From the NCBI GenBank assembly GCA_963731265.1, contig CAVSUE010000001.1, positions 1-64,000 of the forward strand: a stretch of DNA of 64,000 nucleotides. The letters run 5' to 3'. The notes beneath the pieces are model-generated. The model worked only from the letters and a program-made list of their open reading frames with translations. It searched no databases and was not told the origin of the DNA. Position numbers and translations under genes: made by a program. Shown piece after piece: positions 1-8,400 of this stretch (within the stretch, counting starts at the first letter, position 1; every line of letters starts with the position of its first letter). The stretch is from an uncultured Verrucomicrobiae bacterium. Its GTDB lineage: Bacteria > Chlamydiota > Chlamydiia > Chlamydiales > Rhabdochlamydiaceae.

Positions 1-79
1 GGTCTGCTCCCCAAAAAATGGTCCAAAAATAATGCGAAAAATCCCATTCTAGAAGTTTTTAGAAACAAAGGGATTTTCG

Positions 80-346
80 ATGAAGAAAAGCAAATTTACG
101 GAAGAGCAAATAGTTTTCGCTTTGAAACAGGCAGAAAACGGAACCATTATCGACGAAATTTGTCGCAAGCTTGGCATTTCGCAGGCAACATTTTACCAAT
201 GGAAGAAGAAATATGGTGGGCTGATGCCTTCCGAACTTCGACGGTTAAAACAATTGGAAGAGGAAAATCGTCGATTAAAGCAGCTTGTAGCTGATTTGAA
301 TCTAGACAAACACATGCTGCAAGAGGTGCTTTCAAAAAAGCTTTAA
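80..346 (+). CDS. IS3-family transposase OrfA (HTH)
   Basis: MKKSKFTEEQI...ICRKLGISQATFYQWKKKYGG...LKQLEEENRRLKQLVADL is a typical IS3 OrfA. Confidence 0.95.
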   Translation: MKKSKFTEEQIVFALKQAENGTIIDEICRKLGISQATFYQWKKKYGGLMPSELRRLKQLEEENRRLKQLVADLNLDKHMLQEVLSKKL

Positions 347-1258
347 AGCCTGCTCTCCAACGAGAACTAGTCAAAGAGCTAGTTCTCGTTCATCGAGTGA
401 GTGAAAGAAGAGCTTGTGCAGTGCTGCATATTCGCCGATCTGTGCACCGTTACAAGTCAATTCGAGGAGATCAGGCATTTTTAGTTAAACGGGTCAAAGA
501 AATCGCATCAATCCGTGTACGCTATGGTTATCGTCGGATTCACACTTTGTTGCAGCGGGAAGGGTGGTCCGTGAACCACAAAAGAATCTACCGTCTGTAT
601 TGTAAGGAAAGCCTGCAAATGCGATTGAAAGTTCCAAGAAGAACAGTTAGTATTAAAACGAGAAGAGACCCAGTAATAGCCGGGAAAAAGAACGAATGTT
701 GGAGTATGGATTTTGTTTCAGATGAGCTGTATAACGGACACCGAATTCGGTTTTTGACGATCGTGGACAATTTTACAAGGGAAAGCCCTGGGATCGGAGT
801 GGGAGTTTCATGCAAAGGAACGGATGTAGTGCGTTTTTTAGAAGAAGCGATTAAAGAGCATGGCCGACCGGAAGCTATTAAAGTGGATAATGGGCCAGAA
901 TTTATTTCAAAGGAGCTTGATTTATGGGCTTACGGACAAGGGATTAAGCTAGATTTTTCCAGGCCGGGAAAGCCTACAGATAATGCTTTCATTGAGAGTT
1001 TTAATAGCAGGTTTCGCCAAGAATGCCTGAATCAGCACTGGGTTCCTGTCTCTAGAAGACGCACAGATGAAGGCAAAAGCATGGCGAATAGATTACAATG
1101 AGCAAAGGCCTCACAGTTCGTTAAAAAATGCAACACCCCGAGAGTTCGCTGAGGCGAGCAAGTGGCTCGCTTCCCCGCCCCTCGCCGAGCTATTTGGCGG
1201 CTATGCTCGGGGCTTCGGGGAGCTCGAAAACTTTAGTCCAAAACTGGAGTGTGTATAG
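334..1258 (+). pseudogene. IS3-family transposase OrfB (rve/DDE) with an extra frameshift near 1040
   Basis: Motifs WSMDF, VDNGPEF and PGKPTDNAFIESFN. An extra G after CACTGG moves the C-terminal FLSLEDAQ...[14 protein letters not shown] into another frame (ORF 1067..1258). Confidence 0.85.
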
Positions 1259-1348
1259 GCTAAACTTTATCTCGAGAAATGGGCAATCTCAAGAAAAAAT
1301 AACCCGATTTTTCGCATTTAGCCCGGACCAAAAAAGGGGGCAAGGTCA

Positions 1349-1521
1349 AAGCAAAGCAGATTATTGAGAAATGGAGATTGGATTACAATCTTGTGAGGCC
1401 GCATACAAGCCTTAATGGGTTGAGCCCTCAGCAATTTTTGAATAGCCTAAATGCACAAAATGAAGGTAAATTAACCGCGTAACCTCTATGGGCGAGTGGT
1501 CCGAATGGAGGGGCAAGGTCA
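1349..1521 (+). mobile_element. 3' remnant of a second IS3-family element
   Basis: Translates to AKQIIEKWRLDYNLVRPHTSLNGLSPQQF and ends in right IR ggtccgaatggaggggcaaggtca at 1521. Confidence 0.8.
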
Positions 1522-1882
1522 CCAGACGCCTTGAAAGTAACCATCGTTATGGACAATCTGAATACGCATTCACCCGCATCACTGTATAGCTATTTTGATC
1601 CACCTACAGCTAAACGAATTAGCGATAAGCTTGATATTCAATACACGCCAAAACACGGTAGTTGGTTAAACATGGCGGAAATAGAATTTAGCGCTCTATC
1701 CAGACAATGTCTTAACAAGAGAATACCTTCCCAAGAAAAACTCGTCCAAGAGGTCGAGGCTTGGGAAACTGCAAGAAATGAACATAAGGTTGGGTGTAAT
1801 TTTGATGCAAGAGTGAAACTGAAAAAACTATATCCCACACTAGCCTAATGATTATTTTAAAAACTTTCTTTAAGAAGCACTA
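1522..1882 (+). mobile_element. 3' remnant of an IS630-family element (transposase C-terminus 1522..1848)
   Basis: IVMDNLNTH and YTPKHGSWLNMAEIEFSAL motifs of IS630 DDE transposases; ends ...gcacTA. Confidence 0.85.
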
Positions 1883-1991
1883 GGTGCGACAAAGCTTCAT
1901 TTTGCCAGTCTTGCAAATCGTGTTGAAGATCTTCGGTAAAACCTGGACATTTGATGACAAGTAACAGCGTTGCAAAAATCCATCTGATCAT
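1883..1991 (-). pseudogene. 5' fragment of a secreted-protein gene truncated by the IS630 insertion
   Basis: Minus strand reads MIRWIFATLLLVIKCPGFTEDLQHDLQDWQNEALSH (signal-peptide-like, upstream GAGGA) and runs into the IS630 end. Confidence 0.45.
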
Positions 1992-2182
1992 GACATACAT
2001 CCTCAATATCTTAAGAAGTATTGAAGAGTATTTAAATTTGAAACGATATGAGTTGTCAACAAAAAATTGTTGGCCTATCTGAACTTTGCTTATGCCACTT
2101 GTAGGAAGTTAGTGGTCATTTTTGGCCTGCTGGGTTGGATGGAAGCCTGAACTGATAGCCTGCAAACACTTTGAGGGTTCTT

Positions 2183-2800
2183 CTAAGTAATGAATACTCT
2201 AGGATTGCGAGGGTCTAATGCATCGTAATGGAAATTTTGTACGGCAGGGATCGGGCGTCTAGGATTGTAATTGTAGAAACGGCTGGTGTTTAAATTTTCT
2301 CGCACCCAATCAATGGGTGTAAAAACAAAAAAGAAGCGCTTTTGGTAGTTTCCTTGGGAATCTTTCAACATGGGAAGGCGTGAGTCGTATTCGATAAGAA
2401 AGTCTTCCGCTTTTACAATGTCTGCAGTATCGCCATTATTCCACATTCCAAAGCATTTTAAGACGTATTTTGTAATGATCCCAAAGAGGTGATTCTCGTA
2501 ATAGGCGCGCTTGCATTCGATCGCTTTGCCAAGTCTTTGTTTGATTTCTGATAGGCGGTCGAGTTCCCATTGTCTTCCGGGAATAATGGCGCTTTGAGGG
2601 GATCCCTCTTGCAAAATAGGGTTCGTCTTTTCGACGATGCCGTAGGTCTTTTCGGCTAGCGCGACAAGGTTTACCAAAAAAGCCCCTTTTGCATAGCTCT
2701 GAATATTGGCATCGTTGGTATATTCGAAAAAGCGATCATAGTTGGCTTTTTCTTCATTAGAAATTCTCCCGAACACGGGCTGGTGTGTTGATATTGCCAT
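2183..2800 (-). CDS. hypothetical protein, paralog of 2993..3577
   Basis: ATG at 2800 with an AAGGA RBS; shares FGIITKYVL..MWNNG.T..AED..DSR..SRFYNYNP with its neighbour. Confidence 0.75.
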   Translation of the reverse strand: MAISTHQPVFGRISNEEKANYDRFFEYTNDANIQSYAKGAFLVNLVALAEKTYGIVEKTNPILQEGSPQSAIIPGRQWELDRLSEIKQRLGKAIECKRAYYENHLFGIITKYVLKCFGMWNNGDTADIVKAEDFLIEYDSRLPMLKDSQGNYQKRFFFVFTPIDWVRENLNTSRFYNYNPRRPIPAVQNFHYDALDPRNPRVFIT

Positions 2801-2821
2801 AACTTTCCTTTTCGTTCGTTG

Positions 2822-2962
2822 AGTCAAAGCTCGACTTTGCAACTTTTTGGATCCGCCTGCCTCGCCTATTTACTCTCCGGCGTTCGACGCGTGGTCGAAC
2901 GCCGGAGAGTAAATATTTCGAATCTTTCAAACCCAAAAAGCTACAAAGTCGAGCAACGGACT
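2822..2962. repeat. nested palindromic intergenic element
   Basis: Perfect 22-bp stem 2867-2888/2894-2915 inside outer inverted repeats gctcgactttg / caaagtcgagc. Confidence 0.8.
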
Positions 2963-2992
2963 ATCTTCAATCTTTCTTAAAAAAGCAAACTT

Positions 2993-3577
2993 TTAGAGCG
3001 CTCGGTAATCGATTTTCTCACCGTTCCCTAACTCGATGAGCCTAGAAGGATTGTAATTGTAAAAACGGGAAGTATCGAGTTGTGAATTGTCAAAATCTCT
3101 ACGGACGCAATATTTCCCATAATTGGGATTCTGGGGAACCGAAATTTTAATCACAGGCCGTCGTGAATCCCAAAAGAGTAGAGCGTCCTCTGCTTCGATG
3201 ACGTCTGAAGTATTTCCGTTATTCCACATACAAAAAAACATAAGAACGTATTTGGTGATAATCCCGAAAAAGTTATTATTATAATAACTTTTTTTCAGCA
3301 CAATTGCTTTGCCTAGCCTTTCTTTGGCTTCAGATAGCCGATTGAGCTGCCATTGATCTTGGGTTCTTTGATCAGGGCTGATGTTAATTCGGGCATAATT
3401 GATCGCGTTTCTGACACTCGTAAAGAGATTAGCAAGCTCTGTTAGGCTGGTTCCGTTTGCGTAGTGATCAGGAGAATCTGCGAGTGCAAAAAATCTTTCA
3501 CATCTTTGTTTCGCATATTCCGAAACTTCTGAGTAAGTAAGGGGTTGTGAAAGAAGAGAATTTGTTAATGCCGTCAT
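2993..3577 (-). CDS. hypothetical protein, paralog of 2183..2800
   Basis: 194-aa ORF with clear shared motif blocks. Confidence 0.75.
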   Translation of the reverse strand: MTALTNSLLSQPLTYSEVSEYAKQRCERFFALADSPDHYANGTSLTELANLFTSVRNAINYARINISPDQRTQDQWQLNRLSEAKERLGKAIVLKKSYYNNNFFGIITKYVLMFFCMWNNGNTSDVIEAEDALLFWDSRRPVIKISVPQNPNYGKYCVRRDFDNSQLDTSRFYNYNPSRLIELGNGEKIDYRAL

Positions 3578-3739
3578 TTAATTGCTCATAAAAATTATTC
3601 AAACAGTTTAGCAATTTAACAGCTTAAAAGCAATATAAAGAATGTTATTAAAGGTTTACAAAATAAATGACAATAGAAAACTTTATTATTAACCTCTCCG
3701 CTAATTCATCAAGGGAACCTCAGCACATGGGGTACAGGT

Positions 3740-6709
3740 TCACCTTACAATCGTTTCCTCGGAATCATCTTCCTTCTCGATCTTTTCCAATTCGGGCATG
3801 AGGGACAGGTCGATGAGGGGATGACGGCGGCGAGGTTGAAGGCGGGGCCTTTGCGGGGGTGCTTCCGGCAGTACCATTTCAAATTTGAACAAAGCATGGG
3901 CGATCTCTTGCCTGATGCGCGAGGTCAATGATTCGAAGAGAGCGAAGGCCTCGTGTTTGAATTCGAGGAGCGGATCTTTTTGGCCCACGGAACGGAGATG
4001 GACCTCTGTGCGCAGGTGATCGATATGGAGCAAATGTTCCTGCCAGATCCTGTCTATATTGCGGATAAGGAGGCTGCGGACGACTTCTCGTAAAATTTCT
4101 TCGGGATCCATCTTGGCCTGAGGTTGGTTGCCGAGATGCATTTGGGTATTAGAGATTTTTTCTCCCTCGTGGCTCATTTTTTGGTTAAAGGCCGTGACTA
4201 CTTTACCGGAGGCAAGCTGTTCGATATCTTCGAGCTTGAGATAATCGTCGTCGAATTCTTTGGCATCGAAAGTCAAAGGGAAATGGGTGAGCAGCCATTG
4301 GCGGTAGCCTTCGGGATTCCAGCCGCCTTCGACGCCGCGAGAGGTGAAAAATTGATGGCTCATGCGGACGCAAAGCTCTTCGAGGATTTCACGGGCGAGA
4401 GAAAGAGTATCTTCGATGTGCAAGACTTCATTGCGGAATGAATAAACTTCTGCTCTTTGCTTGTTCATCACATCATCGTATTCCAGTGTATGTTTGCGGA
4501 TGGTATAGTTGCGCTGTTCGACCCGTTTTTGGGCGGTCTCGATCGATTTGTTCAACACTTTTGCGGAGATCGCTTCGCCCTCGGGCGGACGGAAGCGTTG
4601 CAGAAATGTCGTGATCCGCGGCGAGGTGAATAGCCGCATCAGGGAATCTTCGAAAGAGACATAGAATTTGGAAGAGCCTGGATCGCCTTGGCGGGCGCAG
4701 CGGCCGCGGAGCTGCCTATCTATACGGCGGGATTGATGCCGTGTTGTTCCGATGACGTGAAGGCCGCCGAGATCTGCGATGCCGGATTTTAATTTGATGT
4801 CGGTCCCGCGCCCTGCCATATTGGTCGCTACAGTGATTGCGCTAGGGGATCCGGCTTGTGCGATGATCTCTGCCTCATGGGCGTGATTTTTGGCGTTGAG
4901 TACGGTGTGTTCGAGTTTATTTTGCTTGAGGATGCGCGAAAGTTTTTCGGACACTTCTACCGATTCGGTCCCGATCAGGATAGGACGCCCTTTCGTATGG
5001 ATCAGCTGGATGTCTTTGAGAATCGCATTGTACTTTTCCCGTTCGGTCATGTAAATCTCATCATCATCATCCTTGCGCTGTCCTTTGCGATGCGTGGGGA
5101 TGGCGAGCACTTCAAGCTTGTAGATCTCTTTGAATTCATTGGCTTCCGTCATCGCGGTTCCAGTCATTCCGGCAAGCTTGGTGTACATGCGGAAATAATT
5201 TTGCAAAGTGATAGTCGCATAAGTCTGCGTTTCGCCTTGAATGGCAACGCCTTCTTTGGCTTCGATGGCCTGGTGCAGGCCGTCCGAGAACCGGCGTCCG
5301 GGCTGCGGACGTCCCGTGTTCTCGTCGATGATGACAATTTTTTCTTCTGCAATGATGTAATCGACGTCTTTTTCCATCATCAGATGGGCGCGGAGCAATT
5401 GCCTTAAATTATGCGCGCGTTCTTTACGGCGGGAGTCTTCTTCGCGCAGAATGACTTTTTGCTGGAGCTTTTCCGTGTCGGAAAATTCCGGGTTTTGATC
5501 GATTTTGGCATATTCATGGCCTAAGTCGAGCATGACAAAGTCGTCGGAAGAGGCTTTGTCCTTGTTGTCTTCGACCCATCGTTGGATCCCTTTGTCCGTC
5601 AATTCGAATTCGCTGGCGCGCTCGTCGACGATGATAAATAATTCGGAAAGAACTTTCGCGCGCTCTTCTTTATTCTGATCGCCATAAAAATAGATGTCCC
5701 ATTTTTCAATTTGGGCCCTTAGGGTGGGGTTTTCCCGAACGCGCTTTAAGATCTTATTATGCGGGGTTCCTTTGGCGACGAGCCAAAGCTTCCGCAGCGC
5801 TTCTTTTTCTTCAATTTCTTGTTCTTTGTTCAGATTTCTAGCCTGGAGCGTTTCGTCGAGGCTGCCTAATTTTTCTAGAACTTTGCGGGCATCGGTAGCG
5901 AGTTTATTGCTAAGATCGCGTTGATGGCGGACGAGGTTGCCCACATCGTCTTTGAGCTCGTCGTACATTTGCCGCGAAGCCCCCGAGGGGCCGGAAATGA
6001 TCAGGGGAGTGCGCGCCTCATCGATGAGGGTCGAGTCGACCTCGTCAACAATGGCAAAATAGTGGCCGCGCTGGCACTGGTCTTCTTTGCTTTGAGCCAT
6101 GGAATTGTCGCGCAGGTAGTCAAAACCAAATTCAGAGGCTGTTCCATAGAGAATGTCGGCCTCATAGACCGATTTGCGCAAATGATGCGGCGTAGAACTT
6201 GTCAACGCATTGACGGTGAGCCCGAGCATGCGGAAAATAGAGCCGATCCATTCGCAATCGCGCTGAACGAGGTAATCGTTCACAGTGACAAGGTGGACAG
6301 GTTTTTTTGTAAGAGCGTTGAGATAGAGGGGCATGGCAGCCGTCAGCGTTTTTCCTTCGCCGGTCTGCATCTCGGAGATCGCACCATAGTGCATAGCAAT
6401 CCCGCCGAGGATTTGCACGTCATAGGGCACCATGTCCCACTTTTGGTCGTAGCCGGAAACGTGAACATCCGTCCCGCATAAACGGCGGCAAGCATTTTTG
6501 GCGACAGCATACGCCTCGGGAAGAAGGCGGTCTAAAGGTTCTCCCTTGTCGAGACGCTCTCGGAATTCAACCGTTTTATTTCGCAGCTCTTCTTCGGAAA
6601 GGGCTTGAAATTTCTCTTCCCAGCGGTTGACTTCGGAGACAAGCTTTCCGTATTTTTTCAGCAAGCGGCCTTGGGCTGTGCCAAAGACTTTTTTTAAAAA
6701 TCCAAACAT
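3740..6709 (-). CDS. secA: preprotein translocase ATPase SecA
   Basis: EMQTGEGKT Walker A, IVDEVDS, ATNMAGRGTDI and SRRIDRQLRGRCARQGDPG motifs. Confidence 0.98.
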   Translation of the reverse strand: MFGFLKKVFGTAQGRLLKKYGKLVSEVNRWEEKFQALSEEELRNKTVEFRERLDKGEPLDRLLPEAYAVAKNACRRLCGTDVHVSGYDQKWDMVPYDVQILGGIAMHYGAISEMQTGEGKTLTAAMPLYLNALTKKPVHLVTVNDYLVQRDCEWIGSIFRMLGLTVNALTSSTPHHLRKSVYEADILYGTASEFGFDYLRDNSMAQSKEDQCQRGHYFAIVDEVDSTLIDEARTPLIISGPSGASRQMYDELKDDVGNLVRHQRDLSNKLATDARKVLEKLGSLDETLQARNLNKEQEIEEKEALRKLWLVAKGTPHNKILKRVRENPTLRAQIEKWDIYFYGDQNKEERAKVLSELFIIVDERASEFELTDKGIQRWVEDNKDKASSDDFVMLDLGHEYAKIDQNPEFSDTEKLQQKVILREEDSRRKERAHNLRQLLRAHLMMEKDVDYIIAEEKIVIIDENTGRPQPGRRFSDGLHQAIEAKEGVAIQGETQTYATITLQNYFRMYTKLAGMTGTAMTEANEFKEIYKLEVLAIPTHRKGQRKDDDDEIYMTEREKYNAILKDIQLIHTKGRPILIGTESVEVSEKLSRILKQNKLEHTVLNAKNHAHEAEIIAQAGSPSAITVATNMAGRGTDIKLKSGIADLGGLHVIGTTRHQSRRIDRQLRGRCARQGDPGSSKFYVSFEDSLMRLFTSPRITTFLQRFRPPEGEAISAKVLNKSIETAQKRVEQRNYTIRKHTLEYDDVMNKQRAEVYSFRNEVLHIEDTLSLAREILEELCVRMSHQFFTSRGVEGGWNPEGYRQWLLTHFPLTFDAKEFDDDYLKLEDIEQLASGKVVTAFNQKMSHEGEKISNTQMHLGNQPQAKMDPEEILREVVRSLLIRNIDRIWQEHLLHIDHLRTEVHLRSVGQKDPLLEFKHEAFALFESLTSRIRQEIAHALFKFEMVLPEAPPQRPRLQPRRRHPLIDLSLMPELEKIEKEDDSEETIVR

Positions 6710-6914
6710 GGTGATTTCCTATGGAGAGAATGCTAGTAAGAGTTTGATTATATTACCTTTGCAATTTTTAGAACAGAGTTGAAAAAGATGTAGCCGGAAA
6801 AAAAGATCCAATTTTTTTTTAGTAAAACTCGAAGTGTTAAATTCTTAACGGGTTGTATGTTTTAAAAAAAATGCCATTCTGTTAATTTTTATTTAGAACA
6901 TGGAAGGAGGCCAA

Positions 6915-7001
6915 ATGTCCCTGAGCTTGATCCTGGTTTTAATCAAAAAATCCCTGACGGAAAAAAAGCGAAAAAAAGAAGCAACCGCATCTAAATCGTA
7001 A
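6915..7001 (+). CDS. putative 28-aa small basic protein
   Basis: Strong GGAAGGAGG SD, then MSLSLILVLIKKSLTEKKRKKEATASKS*. Confidence 0.4.
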   Translation: MSLSLILVLIKKSLTEKKRKKEATASKS

Positions 7002-7078
7002 TTCTCGACGAAAGCCATTTTGACAAGAATTTTTGGCTTCTCGTATGGTTGCTCTTCAGCACTCATTTAAACAAGCTT

Positions 7079-7480
7079 ATGAAAATTACTATTTTACTCA
7101 TTTTTTTGAGTTGTACAATCCTTTGCCATGCCGAAAATTCCACCCTTCAAGTACCTCAATCTTCCTTGCTCGATAGGGCTCATTCCGTGAAGGAAGACGA
7201 AGAGTTCAAAGTCATAGATCAGATGATCAATGCGACTTCAAAACAACTGGAAACCCAAAAACAAATGAAAGAACTGATGCTTCAGCTCAAACTGCAGCGT
7301 GAAGAATTTATCCAAGGGAACCAAACGCGATCCCATACGGGCAAAATGGTCCGCACGGCACGACAGATCTATGAGCTGATCTCTTCCAACCACCTTGAAC
7401 ATCTCTTTGCCAAAGATTATCTGGATGAGTTAACATTCTTTTCTTCTATTGCCGGCAAATCAGCTGTGACGAGGCCATGA
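7079..7480 (+). CDS. hypothetical secreted protein
   Basis: Signal-peptide-like MKITILLIFLSCTILCHA; stop overlaps the psd start (ATGA). Confidence 0.75.
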   Translation: MKITILLIFLSCTILCHAENSTLQVPQSSLLDRAHSVKEDEEFKVIDQMINATSKQLETQKQMKELMLQLKLQREEFIQGNQTRSHTGKMVRTARQIYELISSNHLEHLFAKDYLDELTFFSSIAGKSAVTRP

Positions 7481-8388
7481 CGGACATTATTTTTCTAGAC
7501 CGCCAGACGAAAAGAACGGAAAAAGAGAAGGTTTACGGCGAGTTTTTCATTAAGCTGTTTTACGGCGAGGGAGCTTTGCCTCGCCTTTTTTCCTTTCTCC
7601 TGCTCCCTTTCTTCGCGCGTATCCACTTTTTTTCCAAGCTCTACGGGTATTTTCAAAAAAGCTCAATGAGCCGGTCCAAAGTCAATCCGTTTGTTCAAAC
7701 TTACCATGTCGACCCATCCGAATTCCTGGATCCGGTTGACACTTTTCCTTCTTTCAATGCCTTTTTTATTCGGAAGCTAAAACCCGAATGCCGTCCTATC
7801 TCAGCGCGAGAGGATGTTGCCGTTTTACCTGCCGATGCGCGTTATTTGGTCTTTCAGCAGATCGATCAAGCGGATGGATTTTGGGTGAAAGGAAAAAAAT
7901 TTTCCCTCAGCGAGCTCTTAGGCGATAAGGCCCTTGCGAAAACCTACGAACAAGGAGCAATGGTCATCGCGCGCTTATGTCCCGTCGATTACCACCGTTT
8001 TCATTTTCCCTGCTCGTGCATTCCCGATCAAGCGCGCTTGATCAACGGCCCCTTATTTTCGGTCAATCCGATGGCCTTGAAGCGCCACATCGAGATCTTG
8101 TGCGAAAATAAACGGATGATCACGTCTTTAAAAACACAAAATTTCGGCTGCGTGCAATATATTGAAGTCGGCGCAACCTATGTCGGAAGCATCGAACAAA
8201 CTTACTCTCCAGGTAAATCTCAAGCAAAAGGAGAAGAGAAGGGATATTTTTCTTTCGGCGGATCATGTTTGATCTTGCTTTTTGAGCCTAATAGAATTAT
8301 TTTCGATCAAGATTTGATTGATGCATCTTCAAAAAAAATGGAGGTGCGCGGCCTTTTAGGTCAATCGTTGGGAAAAGTTTTTAAATGA
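7477..8388 (+). CDS. psd: phosphatidylserine decarboxylase proenzyme
   Basis: SFNAFFIRKLK, RLCPVDYHRFHFP, EVGATYVGSI and the FGGS self-cleavage motif. Confidence 0.95.
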   Translation: MTDIIFLDRQTKRTEKEKVYGEFFIKLFYGEGALPRLFSFLLLPFFARIHFFSKLYGYFQKSSMSRSKVNPFVQTYHVDPSEFLDPVDTFPSFNAFFIRKLKPECRPISAREDVAVLPADARYLVFQQIDQADGFWVKGKKFSLSELLGDKALAKTYEQGAMVIARLCPVDYHRFHFPCSCIPDQARLINGPLFSVNPMALKRHIEILCENKRMITSLKTQNFGCVQYIEVGATYVGSIEQTYSPGKSQAKGEEKGYFSFGGSCLILLFEPNRIIFDQDLIDASSKKMEVRGLLGQSLGKVFK

Positions 8389-8400
8389 GAGAAAAAGGTT

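Larger units (their letters stand above)
1..1348 (+). mobile_element. IS3-family insertion sequence (left end clipped by about 1 nt at the window edge)
   Basis: Left end ggtctgctccccaaaaaatggtcc and right end ggaccaaaaaagggggcaaggtca (ends 1348) are imperfect inverted repeats. Contains orfA, an A6G frameshift motif at 334-340, and an rve integrase orfB. Confidence 0.9.

Noticed and set aside
1148..1226. GC-rich hairpins at the IS3 3' end as a separate ncRNA
   Set aside because: They lie inside the IS boundaries and there is no independent evidence.
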